DNA of 64,000 nucleotides from a virus (Duplodnaviria; Caudoviricetes): IMG/VR virus record IMGVR_UViG_2883526296_000003, positions 5,997 to 69,996 of that record; one strand, 5' to 3'. Shown piece by piece: positions 55,099 to 64,000 of this stretch (position 1 is its first letter; each line of letters starts with the position of its first letter). The notes under the pieces were generated by a model. It saw only the letters and a program-made list of their open reading frames with translations, ran no database searches and was not told where the DNA came from. The position numbers and the translations under genes were made by a program.

Positions 55099-56062
55099 CA
55101 TTCGGCTTTATATAACAAATAACGGAATTATTTATGAACCAGTTGTGGAAGGGGAGATCACGTGGGAAACCGAGCGGTTTGGATCCCCTGGGATACTGTC
55201 CTTTACGGTACTGAAAGATTCTGTTATCAATTTCCAGGAGGGCAATTTGGTGCAGTTATATGTAGGCGATGTGAAAACCTTTTATGGCTTTGTTTTTACC
55301 AAAAAGAGGTCTACGAGTAAAGCAGGCGCCATCAATGTGACAGCTTACGACCAACTGCGATATTTGAAGAATAAAGATGCCTATATTTATCCAGAGGCTA
55401 TGACGGCTACTCAATTGATAAGGGCCTTGGCACATACTTATCGGCTTCAAGCTGGGGAGCTGGAAGATACGGGGTTCATCATTCCCAGAAGAGTGGAAAG
55501 TAACCAGACCCTCTTTGACACGATACAGACGGCGCTGGATGAAACATTGATGAGCACTAGACAGCTCCATGTGCTTTACGACGACTTCGGTAAGCTGACT
55601 CTGCGAAATCTTGAAACCATGAAGCTGCCAATTCTTATCGCTCCGGGAACGGCAAGTGATTTCGATTATTCCACCAGCATCGATTCTGGCACCTACAATC
55701 AAGTTAAGCTTTATTACGATAATCAAGATACACACAAAAGAGAGGGTATGGTCGACTTTGATCCAGTGAATATTGAAAAATGGGGTGTCCTGCAGCTGTG
55801 TGAGAGCGTTCAAAACAAGGGCAGTATCCAACAGAAAGTGAAAGATTTGTTAAAGTTTTACAACATGAAGACTCGCAGCTTGTCTGTGAAGAAAGCGTTT
55901 GGTGACATTCGAGTTCGAGGAGGTTCTGGGGTAATGGTAAGTCTGAACCTGGGAGATATCAAAGTCAACACGTACATGCTGGTGGAGAAGGTTAAACACA
56001 CTATAACGGAAGAAAGCCATTTTATGGACCTGACATTGAGAGGATGTGATGCATATGTCTAA
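55091..56062 (+). CDS. baseplate hub (XkdQ-like)
   Basis: VTAYDQLRYLKNKD, LYDDFGKLTL, WGVLQ, GDIRVRGG. Confidence 0.88.
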   Translation: MADIRLYITNNGIIYEPVVEGEITWETERFGSPGILSFTVLKDSVINFQEGNLVQLYVGDVKTFYGFVFTKKRSTSKAGAINVTAYDQLRYLKNKDAYIYPEAMTATQLIRALAHTYRLQAGELEDTGFIIPRRVESNQTLFDTIQTALDETLMSTRQLHVLYDDFGKLTLRNLETMKLPILIAPGTASDFDYSTSIDSGTYNQVKLYYDNQDTHKREGMVDFDPVNIEKWGVLQLCESVQNKGSIQQKVKDLLKFYNMKTRSLSVKKAFGDIRVRGGSGVMVSLNLGDIKVNTYMLVEKVKHTITEESHFMDLTLRGCDAYV

Positions 56063-56477
56063 TTTAGTGCAATTGATTAAAAAAGCCTCCCTGGAAGCAG
56101 GAGAGGCGGCCGGACCTATGACCGCAGGCTTTGGTAAGGTGGTCTCGGAGAGACCCTTGAAAATTCAAATTGATCAGAAAATCACATTGGATGGGGAATT
56201 CCTTCTGGTGCCAGAGAGTTTGACGGATCATCAGGTGAACATGGTCGTAGATCATCAGACTCAGCCTTCTGGAGGCTTTAGCCATGGCCATAGCGTGACT
56301 ACAGATGGAGGAAGCGGCAGTGCTTCCCCTCATTCCCAGTCCAACCATGCCCACGAGTACAGCGGAACAAAGAGCTTTACGGTGCTAAATGGCTTGCGGA
56401 CAGGAGACAAGGTTATTTTGCTCCGGGTCCAGGGGGGGCAAAAATATATTGTACTGGATAGAGAGGGGAGCGTATGA
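56055..56477 (+). CDS. central spike (XkdR/DUF2577-like)
   Basis: GKVVS..PLKI.IDQK, His-rich HxH tip, NGL..GDKVILLR.QGGQKYIVLDR. Confidence 0.82.
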   Translation: MSNLVQLIKKASLEAGEAAGPMTAGFGKVVSERPLKIQIDQKITLDGEFLLVPESLTDHQVNMVVDHQTQPSGGFSHGHSVTTDGGSGSASPHSQSNHAHEYSGTKSFTVLNGLRTGDKVILLRVQGGQKYIVLDREGSV

Positions 56478-56878
56478 TACCACAAATTGATACAGACCTG
56501 CAAAATGCTTTTGAACTGGCAGAGAGACAACCAAGCCGAACGTATCGGTTAGATCTGAAAAGTGGGCGAATCTTCGGCACGGTTGACCAGTTGGAAGCCA
56601 TGAAACAGGCCATATATAAAATTTTGAACACGGAGCGCTACCAGTATGCAATCTATAGCTGGAATTACGGTGCAGAGTTGGCAGCCCTTATAGGTCAGCC
56701 AGCTACCTATGTCATGGCTCTGATAAACAGGCGAATTACCGAAGCTTTGACTCAAGATGATCGCATTACCGAAGTAGATAATTTCTCCTTTGTTCGAGAT
56801 AAAAAGACGATTCAGGTATCCTTTACCGTTCATACCATATACGGTCGAATTGATGCCGAGAAAGAGGTGAACATCTAA
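56474..56878 (+). CDS. baseplate wedge protein (XkdS/DUF2634-like)
   Basis: EAMKQAIYKILNTERYQY.IYSWNYG.EL, EAL.QDDRI, F.VHTIYG. Confidence 0.88.
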   Translation: MIPQIDTDLQNAFELAERQPSRTYRLDLKSGRIFGTVDQLEAMKQAIYKILNTERYQYAIYSWNYGAELAALIGQPATYVMALINRRITEALTQDDRITEVDNFSFVRDKKTIQVSFTVHTIYGRIDAEKEVNI

Positions 56879-57930
56879 TGTATGAACAGATGACTTATGA
56901 ATTGCTGCTACAGCGTATGCTGGACAGAGTGCCCTCTGATGTGGATAAGAGGGAAGGGAGCATCATTTATGATGCATTGGCTCCAGCGGCTGTAGAATTG
57001 CAAAATATGTATATTCAGCTGGAAGCTGTACTTAATGAGGGGTTTGCAGATACTCAGAGCCGGTCCTATTTGATTCGTAGAGCAGGGGAACGAGGGATTG
57101 TACCAGAAGCAGCGACCTTTGCCGTGCTCCGGGGGGTATTTAATAAAGATATTCCAATTGGCTCCCGTTTTAGTTTAGGAATCCTGACCTATACTGCCAT
57201 AGAAAAAATGGCTGATGGCTCTTTTAAACTACAATGTGAGACAGCAGGTCAGGCCGGAAACCAGTTGGAAACATTGATTCCCATCGACTATATTGCTGAT
57301 TTAACTAGAGCAGAAGCGACAGAGATTTTGGTTCCTGGGGAAGATGAAGAGACAACAGAAAAGCTGCGGGCCCGATATTATGCAAACTTGGATTCTAAAT
57401 CCTTTGGAGGTAATATCCAGGATTACAAGGAAAAAGTCAACGCTTTGTCTGGAATAGGCGGGGTAAAGGTTTATCCCGTTTGGAATGGCGGGGGCACAGT
57501 CCGCCTGACAGTAATCAGTTCGGCTTATGAATCCCCCTCCAGTGTACTGGTAGATGAAGTGCAGGAGGCAGTGGATCCGGTGGGCCATACCGGAGAAGGG
57601 TATGGCCTTGCTCCCATCGGCCATCGAGTGACGGTGGGCGGAGTGAAGGAGACAGAGGTCCATATTTCTACCCATATCGTCTATCAAGAGGGCTGGAATT
57701 GGGAAGACGTAAAGGATTACGTTTTGTCAGCAATTGACCGCTATTTTATGGAGCTGGCTGGTCAGTGGTCAGAGGAAAAGAATCTGATTGTTCGAATCAG
57801 TCAGATTGAGACTAGGCTGCTAAATGTACCGGGAATCATTGATATAGCCGATACTACCATAAACGAACTTACTCAAAACCTAATCTTGGACAGCGACTGC
57901 ATACCAAAGCGGGGTGATGTGATTGGATAG
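56878..57930 (+). CDS. baseplate J family protein (XkdT-like)
   Basis: DKREGSIIYDALAPAA.E, GGN..DY, VYPVWNGGGTV, GLAPIGH.VTV. Confidence 0.92.
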   Translation: MYEQMTYELLLQRMLDRVPSDVDKREGSIIYDALAPAAVELQNMYIQLEAVLNEGFADTQSRSYLIRRAGERGIVPEAATFAVLRGVFNKDIPIGSRFSLGILTYTAIEKMADGSFKLQCETAGQAGNQLETLIPIDYIADLTRAEATEILVPGEDEETTEKLRARYYANLDSKSFGGNIQDYKEKVNALSGIGGVKVYPVWNGGGTVRLTVISSAYESPSSVLVDEVQEAVDPVGHTGEGYGLAPIGHRVTVGGVKETEVHISTHIVYQEGWNWEDVKDYVLSAIDRYFMELAGQWSEEKNLIVRISQIETRLLNVPGIIDIADTTINELTQNLILDSDCIPKRGDVIG

Positions 57931-58489
57931 AAGAATCAACTTGATTGCTTATTTGCCGGAGATACTCCAGGACATAAGAGAATTTAAGACTGTAGCCGAA
58001 ACAGAAAATTTAGAACTAAAACAGCTGCAAGCTGCACTGAACGCGGCATTAAATGATCTCTTTGTGGAGTCCAGCACGGAATACGGCGTAGCTCGCTGGG
58101 AAAAGATTTTGAAAATCAGTCCGAAGGGCACGAATTCCCTGGCAGAGCGGAAGTTTCGAATCCTAGCCAGATTGAATGAGCAGCTGCCATACAGCTACCG
58201 GATGCTGGCTCGGCAGTTGGCTACCTTATGCGGAGAAGAGGGGTACAGTCTAAAAGAAAATATTGAGACCTATCAGCTGATTGTCCGGGTAGCCTTGGCG
58301 GCTAAGAGCAACTTTGATGATGTACAAAAGCTTTTGGAACGGGTAGTTCCCTGCAATGTGGCTGTTGATTTGAGCCTGATTTATAACCAGTATCAAGTTT
58401 TAGAAGCATTTACCTATGGCCAACTGGAAGCTTATACCTATGAGCAAATGAGAGAGGAGCCTCTGAATGGGAATAAATTTAACGGATAA
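57923..58489 (+). CDS. baseplate protein (XkdU/DUF2313-like)
   Basis: YLP, GVARWEKIL.I, ERKFRI, VVPCN. Confidence 0.85.
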   Translation: MDRRINLIAYLPEILQDIREFKTVAETENLELKQLQAALNAALNDLFVESSTEYGVARWEKILKISPKGTNSLAERKFRILARLNEQLPYSYRMLARQLATLCGEEGYSLKENIETYQLIVRVALAAKSNFDDVQKLLERVVPCNVAVDLSLIYNQYQVLEAFTYGQLEAYTYEQMREEPLNGNKFNG

Positions 58490-59519
58490 TTACAAGTTAA
58501 AAAAGCCGGAAAAGAATGAGTTCTTTAATGTACAGCATCAAAATGACAACATGGATGTCATTGATGGGCAGTTGAAAGAAAATACAGAAGCGGTTTTAAA
58601 GAAGGTAGATCGCATCCAAGGCAAGGGACTGAGCACAGAAGACTTTACCACCGCTGAGAAGAACAAATTGGCGGGGGTGCCAACCAATGCTGGAGAAATG
58701 AAGATTTCTGAGGCGGTTAGGACGCTGTATGGGCTGACGGCGGCAGAAGGGAATGTGGATAAGGCGCTGAAAAAAATACCACCTAAAATGGAGGTGATAC
58801 AGAGATTTACAACTTCACAGCTTTTTTTGATACCCTCAACTGTTACTAAAATTGATTTATACATGGTAGGCGGCGGACAAAATGGCGGGGACGGCGGGGA
58901 GGATACTAAAGGTTCATCAGGAAGCATAGCTTATGGTGGAAAAGGTGGTGATGGAGGGGCTATTTTGTATTTAACGAATCTTGTAGTAACCCCTAATACC
59001 ACTGTAGCTATTGTAATCGGACAAGCAGGGTCTCCAAGCAGTTTTGATAAGTTCTCAACCGATGATTCTAGTTTTTTCTTCTCGAATCCGAATACACCTT
59101 CAACAAGTCTGTCCACTTTGTCAACGTACCCTAAAAACGTATTGGGTTTAAGGTGTTGCCCATTTGACGGTAAAATCTATGGAATTCCAGGAGCACCAGG
59201 GGGGTTTGCTAAATGGTACACTAAAACATATGGCGCTGGAAGTAATATAAGCTTATTCGGATTAAATAAAGTTGGCGGCAGTGGGACAATTGTCGCTGGA
59301 AAAGACCATACAAGCGGCGGAGGCGGTGCAAGTTACGAGAATAATGGTGGAAATGGATCAGAAATAAAAGGCGGCGATGGGGGAAATGCATCTCCAAACA
59401 CTGGTCACGGCGGAGGCGGAGGCGGAGGCGCTACTGGTGGGGATAAATACGACGGAACTTTGTCAGGTCTAGGAGGAGTAGGTGGAAGCGGCATAGTAAT
59501 AGTTAGATATTATAAATAA
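58467..59519 (+). CDS. tail fibre protein 1 (Gly-rich C-terminus)
   Basis: T.NY.LKKP...N.NMD.ID anchor; KVD...GKGLSTEDFTTAEKNKLAG; GG.GGSGIVIVRY. Confidence 0.8.
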   Translation: MGINLTDNYKLKKPEKNEFFNVQHQNDNMDVIDGQLKENTEAVLKKVDRIQGKGLSTEDFTTAEKNKLAGVPTNAGEMKISEAVRTLYGLTAAEGNVDKALKKIPPKMEVIQRFTTSQLFLIPSTVTKIDLYMVGGGQNGGDGGEDTKGSSGSIAYGGKGGDGGAILYLTNLVVTPNTTVAIVIGQAGSPSSFDKFSTDDSSFFFSNPNTPSTSLSTLSTYPKNVLGLRCCPFDGKIYGIPGAPGGFAKWYTKTYGAGSNISLFGLNKVGGSGTIVAGKDHTSGGGGASYENNGGNGSEIKGGDGGNASPNTGHGGGGGGGATGGDKYDGTLSGLGGVGGSGIVIVRYYK

Positions 59520-59530
59520 GGAGGTATATC

Positions 59531-59890
59531 ATGGGAATATGTTTAATTAACAAATATACAGATATTTGTGAACGTATTGTAATATTTACAGATATGTCAG
59601 TGGCAGAAGAAATGTTTGGAGACACCTATATTTTAACGGAACAAGTGACCGGTTTCAATATAGGTGATATCTATCAAGATGGAACTTGGAGTAAGGTAGA
59701 GGTCTACCCAGAGGAAAAAGAAGCCAACAAAGAAGAGGATACGCTTATTATGATGATAGATCAGGAGTACAGAATAACCAAGTTAGAACTTGGAATATAT
59801 GGAGAAAGAGGTGAAAATTCATATGATTTACAGAACCATAAAAAGAATGATCGAAAAGGGTTTAGCAGATGGTTTGGAAGAAAAGCTTGA
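59531..59890 (+). CDS. probable fibre chaperone
   Basis: follows fibre; IGDIY.DG.W, DQEYRITKLELG. Confidence 0.55.
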   Translation: MGICLINKYTDICERIVIFTDMSVAEEMFGDTYILTEQVTGFNIGDIYQDGTWSKVEVYPEEKEANKEEDTLIMMIDQEYRITKLELGIYGERGENSYDLQNHKKNDRKGFSRWFGRKA

Positions 59891-59957
59891 TGTTTTTTAC
59901 GCTGCTGGAAAATTAACGGCAGAGGAATATGCCGAACTAACAGAACTTCTGAAATAA
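59823..59957 (+). CDS. XkdX-like small protein (not in ORF track)
   Basis: GAGGTG RBS; MIYRTIKRMIEKGLADGLEEKLDVFYAAGKLTAEEYAELTELLK. Confidence 0.7.
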   Translation: MIYRTIKRMIEKGLADGLEEKLDVFYAAGKLTAEEYAELTELLK

Positions 59958-60014
59958 AATTTAGAGCTAAAAAACAGTTATATGTAAGAAGAACAGAAAG
60001 GAGGAACAGATAAT

Positions 60015-60752
60015 ATGGGAATAAATTTGACAGATAACTATGGGTTAAAAAAACCAGAAAAAAATGAATTTTTTGACGTACAACACCAGAACGACAACAT
60101 GGACAGAATTGACGAACAAATGAAAAATAACGCTAATGCGATGTTAAAGAAGAACGGCAGTATACAAATGGACGGGCCGCTGAAGACCGTTGGTTCCACA
60201 ACTACTATTCCAGCTAGTCAGATTGAAATGGGGAAGAATGCAATAATGACAAGGGACGGCAAGGTGGTATATCTTGCTGTAAATTGTTATCACGATGGAA
60301 CAGACTGGAGGTATAAAGGTAATGGTAAAGCCCTGGTAGTTACGTTTGGGGTAGAATATGATTTTCCTATTATGAATGTTGCCGATATCGGTACCAAAGA
60401 TGCCGTTATCAGTTTCCGTTACGTTAATATGCTTACCAACGAGACTGGGCTGCCTCTAACTGGTGGTACAGTAGCAGGTGATATTACGATTGACAAAAAG
60501 GGTGCATTGGGCAAAACTCTAATCATGAAAAATTCCGATGCCACCATTGATTATGGAACCCAGATTTACGACCATAATCAAGCAAATAGTTACGCAGCCC
60601 TTGTTTTAAATGCTAATTTGGAGTTGAATTCTAAAGCGGTGTTGTATGTAAGTGGAACCACATATAACCTATATGGGACACATAACATAATAGTTTCAAC
60701 CATTTCTCCAAGCTCTGCACTTAACGACGGTGCGCAGCACCAAGTATATTGA
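60015..60752 (+). CDS. tail fibre protein 2
   Basis: same N-terminal anchor as 58467; LPLTGGTVAGDITI fibre motif. Confidence 0.75.
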   Translation: MGINLTDNYGLKKPEKNEFFDVQHQNDNMDRIDEQMKNNANAMLKKNGSIQMDGPLKTVGSTTTIPASQIEMGKNAIMTRDGKVVYLAVNCYHDGTDWRYKGNGKALVVTFGVEYDFPIMNVADIGTKDAVISFRYVNMLTNETGLPLTGGTVAGDITIDKKGALGKTLIMKNSDATIDYGTQIYDHNQANSYAALVLNANLELNSKAVLYVSGTTYNLYGTHNIIVSTISPSSALNDGAQHQVY

Positions 60753-60757
60753 GGTAA

Positions 60758-61330
60758 ATGACTATGACAATATATAGAGGCGTAGGCGGTGTAAACCGTG
60801 AAATTAAACAGCAATTCAGAGGAGTAGGTGGAGTTAACCGTGAGATTAAAGAACAGTATCGTGGGGGTGGTGGGGTTAATCGGAAGGTCTTCAACGCTAA
60901 ATCAGCGGTGGCCCTGTATTGGCAAGGTGACGAATGTAAAGAGATTACTGGTGGATGGGCAGCCTATTATGGAAAACCTTTTACTTTTACAAAGTTGACA
61001 GATCGAATGCATATAGAAAAAACTAGCTATGCCACCGGTAGCAGAGTGTGCACAGTCGGCACAGTTAATGTAACAGAGTTCAATAAACTTAAATGCACAG
61101 CTATTATAACACTTGCAGATCGTGTAGGGAACATAGGTTGTGGGATTCCTTCTGACCGAAATGGCGATGGATCAACGATAATTGTAGAGCATAAAATTCA
61201 AGGTACCAATTATGCTCTAGGTGATACTATAAATTTTGAGGTGAATATATCAGCCTATACAGGGTACCGGGCCATATGTTTTGGGCTTTTTGCAGCTGGT
61301 ATGGATGTTTATAAAATATGGTTAGAATAG
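60758..61330 (+). CDS. fibre-associated / receptor-binding protein with three 14-aa repeats
   Basis: (Y/F)RG.GGVNREIK.Q repeats, then LY..GDEC..ITGGW domain. Confidence 0.6.
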   Translation: MTMTIYRGVGGVNREIKQQFRGVGGVNREIKEQYRGGGGVNRKVFNAKSAVALYWQGDECKEITGGWAAYYGKPFTFTKLTDRMHIEKTSYATGSRVCTVGTVNVTEFNKLKCTAIITLADRVGNIGCGIPSDRNGDGSTIIVEHKIQGTNYALGDTINFEVNISAYTGYRAICFGLFAAGMDVYKIWLE

Positions 61331-61342
61331 GGAGGAATAATT

Positions 61343-61744
61343 ATGAAAATTAAATTAAACGACAACACACGATTAAATGTAATACTTGTAAATGGCAAGT
61401 CTACATATTTCCAAGGAGCAAACCGGGACAGCCTAGAGTTTGTTTTTAAGAAAGGGGACTACCCTTTTGACGAACTGGACGCACTGTTTGCTGATTCAGA
61501 AAAAGTAAAAAAAATTATCATACAATCTGACACGACTGCTACCGAGGCAGAAGGGAAGCCAGTGGAAACCCCAACGGAGCATATCTATGATGACTATTCC
61601 CTGAGGGTGGGCATGAAAATGGAGCCTGTAGTACTTTCTCCGGCTACGTCTACCACGCCAGAAATCACGGAAGAACGGGTCATGATTACCATGGCACAGC
61701 TGACGTTGATTGAAAGAAAGCTATCGGATATCGGGTTGTTATAA
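61343..61744 (+). CDS. hypothetical tail-associated protein
   Basis: GGAGG RBS; FQGANRDSLEF, MAQLT..E..L. Confidence 0.6.
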   Translation: MKIKLNDNTRLNVILVNGKSTYFQGANRDSLEFVFKKGDYPFDELDALFADSEKVKKIIIQSDTTATEAEGKPVETPTEHIYDDYSLRVGMKMEPVVLSPATSTTPEITEERVMITMAQLTLIERKLSDIGLL

Positions 61745-61854
61745 CCAAAATCAAATAAAAAGGACAAGTCTCTGACGTGTACGAAGACTTGTCCTCTATC
61801 ATAACATATAAATAGGGACCTTTGGGCCCCTGGTTTAAAAGGAGGGAAGCTACC

Positions 61855-62436
61855 ATGCAGCTACAACATTTACCCTATACGCCGCTGCGCATCACATCTG
61901 GCTTCGGCCCTCGAAAAACGAACATTGCCGGAGCATCCACCTACCATCTAGGGGTGGACTTAGGTACGGATAAAAGCAAGCCTTATACGGCAACAGATGG
62001 AGGACCGGTTACCGCTGTCTTGCCCGGAACGGTTATAAGCAACTATTATAATGTTATCCGAGGCTGGGTGCTGCTGATTGATCATGGCACCATAGACGGT
62101 CAAAATATCAAGACCTTGTATCAGCATTTAAGACAGTCCGGCAGGCCTGTAGGGACTAAGGTTCTGGCAGGAGAAGTGATTGCCAACATGGGCAATACTG
62201 GCGTGGGCGCCCAGCTCCATTTGCACTTTGAGTTGCGGGTTAATAACACTTGCGTAGACCCAGAGCCGTATTTGAAAAACATCAAGGAGGTAAAAAACAT
62301 GGGAAATATAACATTAGATCAAGCAAAGAAAATAGTAAAAGAAAAGGTGGGCGTGGATGACAACACGATTCAGTATCTGCTTTTCTATAAATACGGTGAA
62401 ACGCTAATCAAAAAAATTGCTGTAGCTGTTCAGTAG
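61855..62436 (+). CDS. endolysin, M23 peptidase (paralog of 45236-45817)
   Basis: HLGVDLG, YQHL, HLHFE; near-identical to the prophage lysin. Confidence 0.9.
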   Translation: MQLQHLPYTPLRITSGFGPRKTNIAGASTYHLGVDLGTDKSKPYTATDGGPVTAVLPGTVISNYYNVIRGWVLLIDHGTIDGQNIKTLYQHLRQSGRPVGTKVLAGEVIANMGNTGVGAQLHLHFELRVNNTCVDPEPYLKNIKEVKNMGNITLDQAKKIVKEKVGVDDNTIQYLLFYKYGETLIKKIAVAVQ

Positions 62437-62444
62437 GCAGTCTT

Positions 62445-62660
62445 ATGAGTACAGAATTTTGGATTGGATTACTCATTAGCCTAGTGATCTACGGGGTGTC
62501 CTTTGGCACTTTTTACGGTACGGTTATGACAAAGTTGAATATACTGGAAAAGAAGCAGGATATTCACAACGGACTAATGGAGCGAATGGTAGTAGTGGAG
62601 CAGTCCACAAAATCCGCCCACCATCGTATAGATGAAATCAAGGAGGCATGTGAATTATGA
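62445..62660 (+). CDS. XhlA-like small lysis protein
   Basis: paralog of 45827-46048. Confidence 0.7.
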   Translation: MSTEFWIGLLISLVIYGVSFGTFYGTVMTKLNILEKKQDIHNGLMERMVVVEQSTKSAHHRIDEIKEACEL

Positions 62661-62905
62661 CGATTAATTGGAAGTTACGTTTGAAGAACAAGACCACGCT
62701 GTTGTCGCTGCTGGCCTGCCTGGCGGCTTTTGCTTATCAGGTAATGGGCATCTTAGGCATCACGGCGCCTATTTCTGAAGAGCAAGTGACCCAGGTCTTC
62801 GGCCTGATTGTCAATCTGCTGGGAGCTATAGGTATATTGGTGGATCCAACCACCACCGGCGTGTCCGATAGTCCTCGGGCACTGGCCTATCGAGAACCGA
62901 ATTAA
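62657..62905 (+). CDS. holin (phi LC3 family)
   Basis: INWKLRLKNK...VDPTT.GVSDS.RAL.Y.EP. Confidence 0.9.
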   Translation: MTINWKLRLKNKTTLLSLLACLAAFAYQVMGILGITAPISEEQVTQVFGLIVNLLGAIGILVDPTTTGVSDSPRALAYREPN

Positions 62906-62912
62906 AAATTAT

Positions 62913-62943
62913 AGCCGCTCTGGGAATACCAGGGCGGCTGTTT
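62913..62943 (+). terminator. terminator closing the tail cluster
   Basis: AGCCGCTCTGG-gaata-CCAGGGCGGCT-gttt. Confidence 0.7.
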
Positions 62944-63094
62944 GACTGGAGATGGAACTATGAGACATGGTTCCATTTCTTTTTTGAATATCACCAATCC
63001 TGATACTATTTTTTCGGGTTGAAAAGAAACCGATAAAACGGTATAATTTTGTCAACAGAAGCAACGTTTTTCGGTTAAATTGAGGGCCTGTGGA

Positions 63095-64000
63095 ATGTAT
63101 GAAATTTTATGCTATTTTATCATATACAGCTTTTTAGGCTGGTGTACGGAAGTGGCTTATGCTGCGGTGAATTCGGGAAAATTTATTAACAGGGGCTTTT
63201 TAAACGGACCGGTGTGTCCGATTTATGGTTTTGGAGTCTTGCTGGTCATTAGCTGCTTGACGCCGTTGATGGACAATAAGATTCTTTTGTTTCTGGGTGC
63301 GGTTCTCCTGACGTCTACCTTGGAATGGCTCACGGGTTTTACCTTGGAAAAGGTCTTTCATGGAAAGTGGTGGGACTATTCCCAGGTGCCCTTTAACCTT
63401 AACGGGTATATCTGCTTGAAATTTTCTATTATTTGGGGTTTGGCGTGCTTATTAATCGTGGATTTAATTCATCCCTTGACTCGTATCGTTGTGGGGAATT
63501 TCCCGTTGACGGCGGGCAGGGTAGTGTTGGCATTGGCTCTGACCATCTTGCTGGCAGATGGAATCAGCACCGTGATGACAGTGAATAAGCTGAACAGACA
63601 GCTGAATCGCTTGAATGAAATCGGTGAAAAGCTAAGGATAATTTCCGATGAACTGGGGGAGAACATCTATGAAAGTGTCTCCGCTATAAAAGAGAGGTCA
63701 GAAAAGTTGAAAGACCTGTCAGAAGCGCTGGAAGAAAGCTTAGGAAAAAGAGTAGACCAGTTAGAGCAGAAAGCCGAAGCCTTGGAAGAAAGCTTGGGAA
63801 GGAAGGCTGATCAGCTGGAACAACGGGCAGAAGCATTCCGGGAAGAACTCAAAAAACAGTGGAAGCAGGCCTATGAAGAGGAGCTGGAACGTTACTTTTT
63901 TGGCAAGCGCCGGATGCTCAAGGCATTCCCGGACCTAAAGTTTACAATCAACGGCGAACACTTAACAAGATTAAAGGAAAAAATCAAGCAGGGCCGATAA
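63095..64000 (+). CDS. putative ABC-transporter permease-like membrane protein (host)
   Basis: YSFLGWCTEV, NRGFLNGPVCPIYGFG, WWDYS..PFNLNGYICL; 18-aa tandem repeat near C-terminus. Confidence 0.8.
   Translation: MYEILCYFIIYSFLGWCTEVAYAAVNSGKFINRGFLNGPVCPIYGFGVLLVISCLTPLMDNKILLFLGAVLLTSTLEWLTGFTLEKVFHGKWWDYSQVPFNLNGYICLKFSIIWGLACLLIVDLIHPLTRIVVGNFPLTAGRVVLALALTILLADGISTVMTVNKLNRQLNRLNEIGEKLRIISDELGENIYESVSAIKERSEKLKDLSEALEESLGKRVDQLEQKAEALEESLGRKADQLEQRAEAFREELKKQWKQAYEEELERYFFGKRRMLKAFPDLKFTINGEHLTRLKEKIKQGR

Larger units (their letters stand above)
47843..62945. other. headless contractile phage-tail cluster (probable R-type tailocin, PBSX/diffocin-like)
   Basis: regulators, sheath, tube, chaperone, TMP, baseplate, fibres and lysis genes with no integrase, replication, terminase, portal or capsid gene. 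Confidence 0.82.

Noticed and set aside
58467-60752. Invertible tail-fibre switch or diversity-generating retroelement
   Set aside because: Both fibre genes are on the same strand with own starts; no invertase or reverse transcriptase; differences between repeats are not adenine-specific
47843-62905. Second complete prophage, or T6SS/eCIS
   Set aside because: No integrase, head or packaging genes; no T6SS membrane complex or eCIS ATPase; it has holin/lysin and Xkd-like parts
63720-63840. 54-bp tandem repeat in the last gene as a mobile or regulatory feature
   Set aside because: Ordinary in-frame coiled-coil repeat (EALEESLG...DQLEQ.A) in a host membrane protein
1-64000. CRISPR array
   Set aside because: All repeats found are in-frame coding repeats or operators; no repeat-spacer periodicity and no cas genes

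Overview
Chromosomal window from a spore-forming Clostridia-like Firmicute. From left to right: (1) 1-4370, the end of a probable mobilisable element (SLH protein, secreted protein, MOBV/Pre relaxase) next to a tRNA-Arg(ACG). (2) The spore-coat operon cotJA-cotJB-cotJC, in which cotJC is split after codon ~31 by a ~40.9-kb siphovirus-type prophage (6390-47246). The prophage has a large serine recombinase, and its junctions share a GGACC core. Joining the junctions restores a 199-aa CotJC and yields a symmetric attP, i.e. a skin/SPbeta-like gene-interrupting element. It also carries sporulation-type cargo (spoVS, abrB-like gene, a Cys-rich peptide behind a sigK-like promoter), a tRNA-like element and a candidate structured RNA. 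(3) Directly after cotJC, a ~15-kb headless PBSX/diffocin-like contractile-tail cluster (probable R-type tailocin, 47843-62945). It shares with the prophage the repressor C-terminal domain, a fibre motif and the whole lysis cassette, and it has the only ImmA-type protease in the window. (4) A host membrane protein gene. All calls come from reading motifs and synteny; no searches were run.
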